Source: an uncultured Bacteroidia bacterium | Lineage (GTDB): Bacteria > Bacteroidota > Bacteroidia > Bacteroidales > UBA932 | Length of the DNA: 64,000 nucleotides | Reading direction: 5' to 3' | Assembly: GCA_902797435.1 (NCBI GenBank) | Contig: CADBSV010000055.1 | Coordinates: forward strand, 4,478-68,477 | In this document: positions 10,752 through 20,712 of the stretch, piece after piece | How positions within the stretch are numbered: position 1 is the first letter of the stretch | Layout: every line of letters starts with the position of its first letter | The notes under the pieces: model-generated | Seen by the model: the letters and a program-made list of their open reading frames with translations, nothing else | Told to the model about the DNA's origin: nothing | The model's database searches: none | Position numbers and translations under genes: made by a program

Positions 10752-10989
10752 AAATACAAATATAATTCTTTTTATTTGAAATAGATTATTTAGATATTGG
10801 TGTTGAAATGTTGAAAACTCATTCAACTTATTCAGTATCAATAAGAAATAAAGATTGAAAGTTGTTGGTTCAAAAGTTGATTATCCGTGAACGGCAGGTT
10901 GAAATCTGTTTAATGCCTATAGTAAACATCGATATCAACATGGTTTTAAACAACTTTTCAACCTTTTTAAATAGGGCAAATGTTGATAT
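10752..10989. other. Candidate replication origin oriC (AT-rich segment plus DnaA-box-like cluster)
   Basis: Non-coding and very AT-rich, with repeated (T/G/A)GTTGA(A/T)(A/T) motifs in both orientations: TGTTGAAAT 10801, TGTTGAAAA 10809, AGTTGATTA 10875, GGTTGAAAT 10897, ATATCAACA 10932, TTTTCAACC 10955, TGTTGATAT 10981. parS and mnmG are about 8 kb away. Confidence 0.6.
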
Positions 10990-13900
10990 CTCAAAAATCC
11001 TCTGCCATCCTTGCCGACAGAATATCCAGTGAAAGCGAAGTATTCTGTGACGGTCTGTTTCTGTCTGCCCGCTGGTTCGTGCTTGCGCAGGCTGCAGGAA
11101 AAGGATTGCATTTCATCTTGCTTCCCGACAGGGAGAGCGCGGAGTATTGCAGTGCAGACCTATACAATATAGTTGAAGGAGATACCGTTTTCTATCTACC
11201 GGAATCGGGAAAAGGGGTGGAGAGAAGCAATTACAAGAGTACTCTCGGGGTTCAGAGAACAGCCGCTCTCGAGAAGATTCTCTCCTACAGGAAAGGAACC
11301 CTGTTCATTGTATCTTACCCCGAAGCTATAGAAGAGAAAATCCCTGCCGAAGGGAAGATGAAAGGAGCGATAATATCGGTAAAAAAAGGTGATAATGTCC
11401 GTTTTGACGATATTATCTCGGCTCTTGGCAGCAACGGTTTCGAAAGGGTAGATTTTGTAGGCGCTCCGGGACAGTTTGCGATAAGGGGGTCCCTTATAGA
11501 CATATTCTCCTTCGCCGCCAACGAACCTTTCAGGCTCTCCTTCTGGGGAGACGAAGTGGAGGATATCCGCATTTTCGACCCCAATACCCAGATTTCCAAG
11601 GCTTCGGTGGAAGAGATGGACATCGTTTCTTCAATGCTTTCGGAAGATTCCGAAGGGGGCAGAAGCCTTATGGAAATCCTTCCTTCGGGGACCACCCTTT
11701 GGCTGGATTCTTCCGATGTTTACAAAGACAGGGACTTCTTTCCTTCACTGCAGCGGTTCAGAAGGGTATATACCGACATTCCTCTGGAAAAGAGAAACAG
11801 TGTTTCCGCCGTTCAGTTTCAGGTGTCGCCGCAGCCGTCCTTCAACAAGAACTTCGAACTCCTCTCCGCCGACATCAACACAAAGATAGAGAATGGATTC
11901 AAGGTATTCATCTACGGAGAGAAGCAGAGCCAGCTCGACAGGGTCCGCAGCATCCTTTCCGAGAACGGATGCCATCTGCCCGAATTCGTAAAGGGGAAGA
12001 ATATCCATTCGGGATTCATCGACGGGGAAGACAAAATATGCTGCTACACCGATCATGAGATTTTCGACCGTTTCCACAGGGTGGTGCTCCGCCGCAGCGT
12101 GGAAAAGACGGAACAGCTGACCCTCAACGACTTGAATGCTTTCCATATAGGAGACTACGTGGTGCATATAGACCACGGAGTGGGAACCTTCGGAGGCCTT
12201 GTGAAAATGTTTGACGACAGGGGCCGCGCCCGCGAGGTTGTGAAACTCGTTTACCGCGACGGAGATGTGGTGTTCGTGAGCGTCCATAACCTGGGCAAGA
12301 TATCGCGGTTCCGCTCTTCAGACGGGATTCCCCCTAAAATCAACAAACTCGGAGGAAAGAGCTGGGAAAACCTCAAGAGCAGCGCCAAGCGCAAGGTAAA
12401 GGACATAGCAAAAGAACTGATAGGACTCTATGCCAAGCGCAGGGCGGCAAAGGGATTCGCTTTTTCCGGCGACAGTTACCTGCAGGAAGAACTGGAATCA
12501 TCCTTCATGTACGAGGATACTCCCGATCAGGAAGCTGCCACCGCTGCCGTAAAGCACGACATGGAGGAACCGCATCCCATGGACAGGCTCGTCTGCGGAG
12601 ACGTGGGTTTCGGAAAGACGGAGATAGCCATCCGTGCAGCCTTCAAGGCGGTGGCAGACAATAAACAGGTGGCAGTGCTGGTGCCGACAACCATTCTCGC
12701 ACTGCAGCACTACAACACCTTCTGCGAGCGCCTTAAGGGTTTCCCCTGCAACATAGAATATGTGAGCCGCCTGAAAACGGCAAAGCAGATAAACGATATA
12801 AAGAATCGTCTTGCCAAAGGCCAGATAGACATTGTAATAGGGACCCACAAACTGCTCGGAGCCGGTTTTGCCTTCAAAGATCTGGGACTTCTGATAATAG
12901 ACGAAGAACAGAAGTTCGGCGTCGGGGCAAAAGAAAAACTGCGTCAGCTAAAAGTAGGCGTGGATACCCTTACGCTCACTGCCACACCTATCCCCAGAAC
13001 CCTGCAGTTCAGCCTGTTGGGGGCACGGGACCTGTCCATAATCCACACGGCACCTCCCAACCGGATTCCCATTCAGACAGAGATAATCCTTTTCGATGAA
13101 AAGGAGATTCGCAGCATCATAAATTACGAACTCAGCAGGGGAGGACAGGTGTTCTTTCTGCACAATAAGGTTGAGGAACTCCCTGCCGTCCACGATATCC
13201 TCCACAGGCTTCTTCCCGACATGCGGATATGCGTGGCGCACGGCCAGATGAAGGCCGAAGACCTTGAAAACGCCCTTCTGGAGTTCATCCGCGGCGATTA
13301 TGACCTGCTTCTCTGCACTACGATAATTGAAAACGGGCTGGACATACCGAATGCCAACACCATCATCATCAACCAGGCCCAGAATATAGGTCTGAGCGAT
13401 CTGCACCAGTTGCGAGGACGCGTTGGACGAAGCAACCGCAAAGCATTCTGCTACCTGATAGTGCCGCCGCTTGCCAGTATCACCGAAGATTCGCGCCGCC
13501 GCCTCAGGGCGATTGAGGAATTCAGCGACCTGGGCAGCGGGTTCAATATTGCCATGCAGGACCTTGATATCCGCGGAGCCGGCAACCTGCTCGGGGCCGA
13601 ACAGAGCGGGTTCATAATGGAAATGGGATACGAGACTTATCAGAAGATTCTTGAGGAGGCGATGGAAGAACTCGGCCTGGAGACGGGAATCGAAACCGCC
13701 CGAGGCCGCAGGGGAGTGTTTGTGGAAGAGTGTTCCATAGAAACGGACCAACCTGCCTTCATCCCGGACGCCTACATCGATGTAACTGCCGAAAAGATAA
13801 GAATTTACAAGCAGTTGGATTCGCTCACCTCAGATAAGGAACTCGACCGTTTCGCCTCCGTTACCGCCGACCGTTTCGGAGTTCTGCCTCCCGAACTTGA

Positions 13901-14162
13901 GAACCTTTTCCTCGTGGTGAAGATCCGCAATCTCGGGGCGTCCCTGGGTTTCGAAAAGATTATAGTGAAAAACGGAATGTTCATCTGCTTCTTCGTTGGA
14001 AACGCACTTTCGCCCTATTATAATTCGGACGTTTTCGCCTCCGTCATGCAGAAAGTGAGTCTTCCGTTCGAATTCAAACAGGTGGAGGGCCGCCTCAAAC
14101 TGGTGGCACGAGGGGTGGATACCCTCCAAAAGGCGCATGTCCTTTTGGGTAAGTTGAAATAA
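10980..14162 (+). CDS. mfd: Transcription-repair coupling factor Mfd
   Basis: GDYVVHIDHGVG (RID), DRLVCGDVGFGKTE, DEEQKFGV, TATPIPRT, QLRGRVGRS, DLDIRGAGNLLG. Confidence 0.96.
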   Translation: MLISQKSSAILADRISSESEVFCDGLFLSARWFVLAQAAGKGLHFILLPDRESAEYCSADLYNIVEGDTVFYLPESGKGVERSNYKSTLGVQRTAALEKILSYRKGTLFIVSYPEAIEEKIPAEGKMKGAIISVKKGDNVRFDDIISALGSNGFERVDFVGAPGQFAIRGSLIDIFSFAANEPFRLSFWGDEVEDIRIFDPNTQISKASVEEMDIVSSMLSEDSEGGRSLMEILPSGTTLWLDSSDVYKDRDFFPSLQRFRRVYTDIPLEKRNSVSAVQFQVSPQPSFNKNFELLSADINTKIENGFKVFIYGEKQSQLDRVRSILSENGCHLPEFVKGKNIHSGFIDGEDKICCYTDHEIFDRFHRVVLRRSVEKTEQLTLNDLNAFHIGDYVVHIDHGVGTFGGLVKMFDDRGRAREVVKLVYRDGDVVFVSVHNLGKISRFRSSDGIPPKINKLGGKSWENLKSSAKRKVKDIAKELIGLYAKRRAAKGFAFSGDSYLQEELESSFMYEDTPDQEAATAAVKHDMEEPHPMDRLVCGDVGFGKTEIAIRAAFKAVADNKQVAVLVPTTILALQHYNTFCERLKGFPCNIEYVSRLKTAKQINDIKNRLAKGQIDIVIGTHKLLGAGFAFKDLGLLIIDEEQKFGVGAKEKLRQLKVGVDTLTLTATPIPRTLQFSLLGARDLSIIHTAPPNRIPIQTEIILFDEKEIRSIINYELSRGGQVFFLHNKVEELPAVHDILHRLLPDMRICVAHGQMKAEDLENALLEFIRGDYDLLLCTTIIENGLDIPNANTIIINQAQNIGLSDLHQLRGRVGRSNRKAFCYLIVPPLASITEDSRRRLRAIEEFSDLGSGFNIAMQDLDIRGAGNLLGAEQSGFIMEMGYETYQKILEEAMEELGLETGIETARGRRGVFVEECSIETDQPAFIPDAYIDVTAEKIRIYKQLDSLTSDKELDRFASVTADRFGVLPPELENLFLVVKIRNLGASLGFEKIIVKNGMFICFFVGNALSPYYNSDVFASVMQKVSLPFEFKQVEGRLKLVARGVDTLQKAHVLLGKLK

Positions 14163-14181
14163 ATGCTTAATTTTGTAGTCT

Positions 14182-14907
14182 ATGGCTAATTTGGTCATCG
14201 AAATAGGAAACACTGCACTGAAGGCGGCGTGGACCGAGGGCAAGACCCTCGGCAAGACTTTCCGTTATCAGGGCGAAAAGACCATCGACTTCATTCTTTC
14301 CATTACGGAAAAGGAAAAGCCGGAAGTTATGGCCGTGGTATCCGCAAAGCCGTTCACTCCGGCAGAAGAGGGTATCCTCAAGGGGGAGTGCCGGCATCTT
14401 ATGCTGCTGGACAGCGCCCATCCCGACTACCTGCAGCGTTATGGCATACCCGAGTATCTCAGCTACGACAGGGCGTGTTCGATAATGGCGGTAAGGCACC
14501 TCTTCAAAGGAAAACCATGCACGGTGTTCGATTTCGGAACAACCCTTACCATCGACCTTGTGGATGCTGACGGCGGATACAGGGGAGGAAATATCTCTCC
14601 CGGCTGCCGCACCCGCTTCAAGAGCCTCAACCGATATGCCAAGGCCCTTCCGATGGTAAATACGCCGGTGCGCTTTCCGCAGGAAGGCACATCTCTGGAG
14701 AGTTCCATAGAGTCGGGAGTGATTTCGGGCATAATGTTTGAAATCGAAGGCTACGTGCGTCAGCTTCCCGGCAACGTGATAGTTTTCACCGGAGGAGACG
14801 CCATCTATTTTGCCAAGCGTATGAAGTACTCGCTTTTCGTCATGGGAAACCTGGTGCTCGTGGGCCTGGCCATTATGACAGACGACTATGTTGAGAAGAA
14901 CATATAG
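14182..14907 (+). CDS. coaX: Type III pantothenate kinase
   Basis: IEIGNTALK, LSYDR, DFGTTLT, GGNISPG, TGGDA. TAATTTTG lies 6 nt upstream of the ATG. Confidence 0.9.
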   Translation: MANLVIEIGNTALKAAWTEGKTLGKTFRYQGEKTIDFILSITEKEKPEVMAVVSAKPFTPAEEGILKGECRHLMLLDSAHPDYLQRYGIPEYLSYDRACSIMAVRHLFKGKPCTVFDFGTTLTIDLVDADGGYRGGNISPGCRTRFKSLNRYAKALPMVNTPVRFPQEGTSLESSIESGVISGIMFEIEGYVRQLPGNVIVFTGGDAIYFAKRMKYSLFVMGNLVLVGLAIMTDDYVEKNI

Positions 14908-16204
14908 CATAATTGCAGCCCTTGTCCTTGCCGGAGCGTCCGCTTTTGCACAGACCGGCGAGTACGGCATCTATTCGCCCTATTCCATCTTCGGAATAGG
15001 GAATCTTTCTGATGCTCCGTCTGCCTATGTTTCCGGAATGGGCGGAGTAGGAATTGCAAGCCGCAACAACCGCTATATCAACACTCTGAACCCGGCAGCC
15101 GTCTCGGTAAGGGACTCCCTTGCGCTGATGATTGACTTCTCGGTGTACAACACCAACACCATACTCTCCCAGACAATTGACGGAGCTGTGCGCCGTTCGG
15201 CGAACAACACCACCAACATAGGCGGTTTCGCCATCTCATTCCCCGTTTGGGACGACCTTGCCGGCTACCTCGGACTCAAGCCTTACAGCAGCGTAGGTTA
15301 CCGGTTCCGCAGCACCGCAGTGGATCCCGACCTGGGAATCATTACCCAGACCCACTCAGGCCTCGGCAGCCTTTACGACGTTTACGGAGGGCTTTCCTAT
15401 AATTTATTCAATCGGTTTTCCGTAGGTGCCGAAGCGGGATATGTCTTCGGAAAGATAGAAAAGCAGTCGGTGCAGGACATAGCGTCTTCCGGCTACAACG
15501 AAGCCCAGACCTATCAGACGCTCACCCTGAACGCCTTCACCGGGAAACTTGGGCTTCAGTATGAACAGCCGCTCGGGAATGATTTCAAACTCGCTTTAGG
15601 GGCGACATACACCTTCAGGAGCAACCTTCATGGTTTCAACACAGGCGATTATCATTCCGCAGGAAGCGTGCAGAACATTCCCCTTCCATCCTCTTATGCA
15701 GATACTCTGAAAGGAAATTCCGGAATATCTCTTGCAGGCGAGGCAGGTCTCGGAATATCAATCAATTACAGGAACAAATTCAGGGCTGAGTTCGACTATT
15801 CCCGTTCCGACTGGAGGCAGTCTGGTATGGATTCTGCAAAGGGATTCTCTGTGAGCGACGCTCAGCAGTCCTTTGTCAACTCTGTGAGGGAAACCTACAG
15901 GCTCGGTTTCGAGTATGTCCCCAACATTAACGACGTACGCTACCGCTACAAGAGGGTGGCATACCGCGCCGGAGCCTATTACAACAATTCCTACTACACG
16001 GTGGACGGCAGGCCGGTAAATTCTGCCGGAATAACCCTCGGCGTCACGGTTCCGGTGTTCCGCTGGTACAACGGCCTGTCCATTTCGGTGGATGCGGGGC
16101 AGAGGGGTCCCTTCAGCGGCAGCCTGGTGCGGGAGAACTACATCAAGTTTTCGTTCGGTGTAAACCTGTTCGACATCTGGTTCCAGCAGCGGCGTTTTGA
16201 ATAA
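14888..16204 (+). CDS. Outer-membrane beta-barrel protein (FadL/OmpP1-like, conserved Bacteroidota coaX-lptC cluster)
   Basis: Signal peptide, YSPYSIFGIG, GMGGVG and NPA motifs, amphipathic beta strands, C-terminal WF. Sits between coaX and the TPR gene. Confidence 0.75.
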   Translation: MLRRTYSIIAALVLAGASAFAQTGEYGIYSPYSIFGIGNLSDAPSAYVSGMGGVGIASRNNRYINTLNPAAVSVRDSLALMIDFSVYNTNTILSQTIDGAVRRSANNTTNIGGFAISFPVWDDLAGYLGLKPYSSVGYRFRSTAVDPDLGIITQTHSGLGSLYDVYGGLSYNLFNRFSVGAEAGYVFGKIEKQSVQDIASSGYNEAQTYQTLTLNAFTGKLGLQYEQPLGNDFKLALGATYTFRSNLHGFNTGDYHSAGSVQNIPLPSSYADTLKGNSGISLAGEAGLGISINYRNKFRAEFDYSRSDWRQSGMDSAKGFSVSDAQQSFVNSVRETYRLGFEYVPNINDVRYRYKRVAYRAGAYYNNSYYTVDGRPVNSAGITLGVTVPVFRWYNGLSISVDAGQRGPFSGSLVRENYIKFSFGVNLFDIWFQQRRFE

Positions 16205-16225
16205 TAAAAAAGAATGATTATAGCT

Positions 16226-17548
16226 ATGAAAAAGATTGTTTTGTTGGTTCTGTCCATCATTCTCACATCTTCTGGCAGTCTCTTCGCACAGGGAAAGTAC
16301 GGAAAAGACAGCGCAGAATGCATAAAGTATCTCTCCTACTACAAGGAATACTACAAGCAGAAGGCTTATGACGACGCCCTGCCCAACTGGCGCAAGGCAT
16401 ACAGCATCTGTCCTGCAACCGCCAACCAGACCATGCTCATTGACGGTACGTCCCTCATGCGCAGGCTCATAAACAAGAATGCCAGGAATCCTATCTACAG
16501 GGCTGCCCTTATCGACACCCTCATGGCCATCCATGACGCCCGTGCCCAGGCATGGCCGAAGAATGCCGTAACCACCCTCAACAACAAGGGGCAGGATCTT
16601 GCCAACTATGTAAAAGACAATCCGGCCCGTCTGCACGAAGAATTCGCAGCCATCATAGAGGCCAACAAGGGAGACACCAAGGCGTCCCTTTTCCTCTTCG
16701 ACCTCCAGTCGGCCATAAAGCTCTATGAGAGCGGCAAACTCGGAGCCGAGGATGTAATATCCTGCTATCAGCGCGACCTCTCCTACCTCGACGAGGCCAA
16801 GCCCAAGAGCAATGTTGAGGCAGAGCAGATACAGAAGGTCCGCACCGACCTCGAGTCGCTGTTCATCGGCAGCAAGGTGGCCAGCTGTGAAGACCTCATC
16901 GCCCTCTTTGAACCGCGCTTCAACGCGGCTCCCGAGGACATCACGCTCATAAAGAACATAGTCAAGATGCTCTCCATAACCGAGGACTGCCAGGACAACG
17001 ACCTCTATCTTCGTGCAGCCACGAACATGTATAATCTCGAGCCCAGCTACAACTCGGCCTACTTCCTCTATAAGCTGAACTCCTCGAAGGGCAACTACGA
17101 ACAGGCCGTCAAATATCTGGAAGAGGCCATCGCATACGACGAGTCCGATGCAGCCACCGACGCCCAGTACAACTATGAACTTGCGGCATACAGCTTCAAG
17201 AACGCTCGTTTCGCAAAGGCCAACGCCGCCGCCCGCGCTGCGCTTGAACTCGATCCTTCGATGGCGGGAAGGTGCTATTTCCTCATCGGTCAGATATGGG
17301 GTACCGTGAGCTGCGGCGGAGACGAAATACAGACCCGCGCACACTTCTGGGTGGCAGTTGACAATCTGCGCAAGGCCGCGGCTGCCGACGCTTCCCTCGC
17401 GGAAGAGGCAAACCGCTTAATCGCCCAGTTCTCCCGCTATTTCCCGCAGACGGCAGAGGCCTTCATGTACAACTTCACAGACGGTCAGGCCTATACCGTC
17501 AACTGCAGCGGCATGACGGCGACCACCACTGTCCGTACGCAGAAGTAA
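16226..17548 (+). CDS. Exported tetratricopeptide-repeat protein
   Basis: Signal peptide MKKIVLL...LFAQ, helical TPR-like repeats (YEQAVKYLEEAI, AARAALELDPS..GRCYFLIG). Alternative ATG at 16214. Confidence 0.75.
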   Translation: MKKIVLLVLSIILTSSGSLFAQGKYGKDSAECIKYLSYYKEYYKQKAYDDALPNWRKAYSICPATANQTMLIDGTSLMRRLINKNARNPIYRAALIDTLMAIHDARAQAWPKNAVTTLNNKGQDLANYVKDNPARLHEEFAAIIEANKGDTKASLFLFDLQSAIKLYESGKLGAEDVISCYQRDLSYLDEAKPKSNVEAEQIQKVRTDLESLFIGSKVASCEDLIALFEPRFNAAPEDITLIKNIVKMLSITEDCQDNDLYLRAATNMYNLEPSYNSAYFLYKLNSSKGNYEQAVKYLEEAIAYDESDAATDAQYNYELAAYSFKNARFAKANAAARAALELDPSMAGRCYFLIGQIWGTVSCGGDEIQTRAHFWVAVDNLRKAAAADASLAEEANRLIAQFSRYFPQTAEAFMYNFTDGQAYTVNCSGMTATTTVRTQK

Positions 17549-18190
17549 GTGAGTCGGTTATCCACAATTCTTTTCAGGACGGCAGGCGTTACGGCGCTTG
17601 CCCTCCTGTTTTTATCGTGTGGTTCCGGAATGGGCAGGGCCGATGCCCTCGACCTCTCCAAAATCCCTCTCCAGACCGTTGAGGACATGTTTGCCGTGCA
17701 GAGCAAGAACGGAACCCTCGACGCCAGGATGGAGGCTCCCCTGATGGAACGCTACGAGACCGACACCACCACCTATGAGAGCTTTCCGAAGGGGCTTTCC
17801 CTGTACGGATACACTCAGGGCGGCTTGCTGGAAACGGTGATAGTGGCCGACAATGCAAGGCACATCGTAGGGAAATCCAAATCCGGTTCCGCGAAAAAAG
17901 AAGTGTGGGAGGCGTTCGGCAACGTCATCGTGCACAATGTCATCAAGCAGGAGACGATGGAAACCGACACCCTCTACTGGGACAGGGAGAAATCGGAGAT
18001 ATATACGGACTGCTACGTGAAAATGTACTCTTCCGACGGATTCATGCAGGGAACGGGAATGCGCAGCGACGACCGTGCCCGGAACGCCATACTCCACAAC
18101 CCCTTCAACAGTTACGGCATAACCGGCAGGGACAGTACGGCGGTGGTGGTGGATTCTGTCAATTTCATAGGGCCGCTGCTGCGTAATTAA
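17549..18190 (+). CDS. lptC: LPS export ABC transporter periplasmic protein LptC
   Basis: Lipoprotein-like N-terminus, FPKG, WEAFGNV, TDTLYWD, IYTD, GTGM motifs. GTG start; conserved gene order. Confidence 0.8.
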   Translation: MSRLSTILFRTAGVTALALLFLSCGSGMGRADALDLSKIPLQTVEDMFAVQSKNGTLDARMEAPLMERYETDTTTYESFPKGLSLYGYTQGGLLETVIVADNARHIVGKSKSGSAKKEVWEAFGNVIVHNVIKQETMETDTLYWDREKSEIYTDCYVKMYSSDGFMQGTGMRSDDRARNAILHNPFNSYGITGRDSTAVVVDSVNFIGPLLRN

Positions 18191-18246
18191 AAGAAAATTA
18201 CTAAATTCGCGGTCCATTTGATTATTAATTAAAAACTAACCATACT

Positions 18247-20334
18247 ATGGCGGTACTTGAAAAAATCCGTGTAAAGTTCGGCCTGGCAATATCCATTATC
18301 ATTGCCCTGGCCCTTTTGTCTTTCATAATCGATCCCGGCACTCTCCAGGGAGCCCTTCAGGGAATGTCCAGCAAGTATGATGTCGGCAAGATTGCAGGCC
18401 GCGCCATCCGCTATACCGATTATCAGGAAGATGTAGAGCGCTTCACGACCATCAACGAGATTATCAGCGGCAGCAGTGTCCACAGCGACCAGCAGCAGAG
18501 GCAGATCCGTGATGCTGCATGGCAGAGTCTCATCGACAAATATCTGTTCGTAAAGAATGCAAAGGCGGCGGGCATCACCGTCGGCAATGCAGAACTTGTG
18601 AACCTCACTACCGGCGAAAATCCCTCCCCGGTGATTCTCCAGACCTTCGGCGGTCCTGACGGATTCGATCCTCAGAATCTCGTCGATTTCGTCCAGAATC
18701 AGGTTCCCGCCGACGAGAGCGGCCGCCTGCAGACCTTCTGGAACTATCTCCAGACCACTGTAAGCAACCAGCAGTACTATGCCAAGTATGGCGCCCTCTT
18801 TACGGCCAGCGCTTACCAGAACGCACTTGAGAAGGCCGACATCGTAGCAAAGAACAACACCACTGCCAACATAGACTACATTTCCGTCGCCTATCCCTAT
18901 CAGGAGGACAGTGCAGTCGTGGTTACAGACGCGGACATCAAGAAATACTACAAGGCTCACAAGAAATTCTTCGAGCAGAAGGCCAACCGCGACATCGAAT
19001 ACGTTGTGTTCGAGGTAACTCCCTCCGCAGAGGACATCGCCGCCGCAAACGAGAAGATTTCCGCCGTGTACGAGGAATTCGGCGCCACCACCAACATGAA
19101 GGCTTTCCTTCTGCGCAATTCCGACCGTCAGCTGAGCTCCTACTGGTACAAGGCAGGCGAACTGAACACCGTCAACCGTGAGGTCAACGACTATGTGTTC
19201 AGCACCCGCAGCAGCGCCCCGTCGCCCATCTACAGCGGTTCCGAGAATACTTTCTACACCGTAAGGGTTATGGATACCGCCAATATCCCCGACTCCGTGT
19301 ACGTCAAGCATATCCTGCTTCAGGGCAACGACGCCAAGGCCAAGGCCGACAGCCTTCTTGGTGTTATCCGCCGCGGCGGCAACTTCGGTCTGCTCGCCAC
19401 TCAGTATTCTGCAGATAAGGGTTCCATGGCGGACGGTCAGATGGGAAACATCGGCTGGATGACCCAGACCTACATGATTCCCGGATTCGAGAGCGTTCTC
19501 ACCGCAAAGGTTAACGACCCGTACATCATCAACACCCAGTATGGCACGCACATCGTGGCAGTTACCCGCCGCACCGCTCCCATAGCGAAGAAGCAGGTCG
19601 CCATTCTCGAGAAGGCTGCCATCGCAAGCAAGGAGACTTTCGGAAAATACTATTCCCAGGCCAACCGCTTCGCTTCCATCGCAGGTCACAGCCTCGAGGG
19701 CTACAGGGCTGCGGTCGATTCGCTCGGAGTCTATTCTCATCAGATCAATGTCAACGAGGGCACTTCTTCCTACGGCGCCATCGATCAGGCCAAGGAGGTA
19801 ACCCGCTGGATCTTCGATGCCAAGAAGGGCAAGGCGTCCGATATCATTACGGTAAACAACAACTATTTCTTCATCGCGGCAGTCAAGGAAATCCACAAGG
19901 AAGGAACGGCTCCCCTTGCCGAGGTTTCCCAGAACATCCGCCAGAGGATTTATTTCGAAAGGCTCAGGGATGTCAAGACTGCTGAAGTTGCAGCCAAGGT
20001 TGAAGGTCTCGGAACCCTCGAGGAAATCGCAGAGGCTCTCGGTGTGAGCGTTACCAACGAACCGGACTTCTCCTTCTCCACCACGGGCCGCGGCAGCGAT
20101 CCCGCCCTTGCCGGAGCTGCTTTTGCCGCAGCAGAAGGAGCCCTTGCAGGCCCGGTTGCCGGCGCGATGGCCACCTATTACGTAAGGGTCAATTCCCGCG
20201 AGGCCGGCAGCTTCTTTACCGATGAAGACGCCGCTCAGCAGGCTTCCCAGAAGGCTCAGTACAGCACCCAGCTGGTACTGCCCGTAATGAGCCGCATCGG
20301 CGACGTGAAGGACAACCGCGAAAGGTTCTTCTAA
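18247..20334 (+). CDS. PpiD/SurA-like peptidyl-prolyl isomerase with N-terminal membrane anchor
   Basis: MAVLEKIR plus TM segment, parvulin motifs VKHILL, LATQYSAD, GNIGW, TQYGTHIV, C-terminal DNR. Confidence 0.85.
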   Translation: MAVLEKIRVKFGLAISIIIALALLSFIIDPGTLQGALQGMSSKYDVGKIAGRAIRYTDYQEDVERFTTINEIISGSSVHSDQQQRQIRDAAWQSLIDKYLFVKNAKAAGITVGNAELVNLTTGENPSPVILQTFGGPDGFDPQNLVDFVQNQVPADESGRLQTFWNYLQTTVSNQQYYAKYGALFTASAYQNALEKADIVAKNNTTANIDYISVAYPYQEDSAVVVTDADIKKYYKAHKKFFEQKANRDIEYVVFEVTPSAEDIAAANEKISAVYEEFGATTNMKAFLLRNSDRQLSSYWYKAGELNTVNREVNDYVFSTRSSAPSPIYSGSENTFYTVRVMDTANIPDSVYVKHILLQGNDAKAKADSLLGVIRRGGNFGLLATQYSADKGSMADGQMGNIGWMTQTYMIPGFESVLTAKVNDPYIINTQYGTHIVAVTRRTAPIAKKQVAILEKAAIASKETFGKYYSQANRFASIAGHSLEGYRAAVDSLGVYSHQINVNEGTSSYGAIDQAKEVTRWIFDAKKGKASDIITVNNNYFFIAAVKEIHKEGTAPLAEVSQNIRQRIYFERLRDVKTAEVAAKVEGLGTLEEIAEALGVSVTNEPDFSFSTTGRGSDPALAGAAFAAAEGALAGPVAGAMATYYVRVNSREAGSFFTDEDAAQQASQKAQYSTQLVLPVMSRIGDVKDNRERFF

Positions 20335-20353
20335 CAGAGGCTTTTTCCGAAAC

Positions 20354-20386
20354 AAGAGGTCGATTATAGTCGGCCTCTTTTTTTTT
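20354..20386 (+). terminator. Intrinsic terminator after the ppiD-like gene
   Basis: AAGAGGTCGA-TTATAG-TCGGCCTC hairpin followed by a T9 run. Confidence 0.85.
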
Positions 20387-20420
20387 GCGCGCCAGGCTTA
20401 GCCGCGGCAGCTTACTCGTT

Positions 20421-20710
20421 TCTCGTCTGTAAATCGGGCGGTTTCTGCCGACGAACTTTGCAGCCACCACCCTCTCGTCGGCGGATCCGGGGTGATTTGC
20501 CGACGGGTCCCACCCCCCCCTGCCTGGGATGCGGGTCCGCAGGATACGAGTTCAGAGCCAACGTGTGGCTGGAGTTTGCGAAGAAAACGGATTTCCGCCA
20601 CCGGGCTCCCTTTCAGAAAAGGGTTAGTAGCGTTTTCGTTCAATAATGCGACTAATCCGGACTTTTGAATGAGGGTTAGTAGCAAAAAGGCTTAAAAATG
20701 AAACTAACCC
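20421..20710. repeat. Intergenic REP-like cluster: two families of alternating inverted motifs, each with a 52-bp period
   Basis: TCTCGTC at 20421/20473 and GCCGACG at 20447/20499; AGGGTTAGTAGC at 20620/20672 and ACTAA(T/C)CC at 20651/20703. Confidence 0.7.
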
Positions 20711-20712
20711 AA

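Noticed and set aside
18229-20355. 708-aa antisense ORF opposite the ppiD-like gene (similar long shadows at 15758-17344, 27448-28818, 45272-46360, 55849-57723, 59361-60941, 4955-6013)
   Set aside because: They mirror well-supported genes and have no motifs. Strong C-ending codon bias on the sense strand removes antisense stops.
20398-20685. 95-aa and 62-aa ORFs in the ppiD-ychF gap
   Set aside because: No recognisable protein features; the region is better explained as a repeat cluster.
20421-20710. Possible CRISPR mini-array
   Set aside because: Only two copies per motif, cores of 7-12 bp in alternating orientation, and no cas genes.
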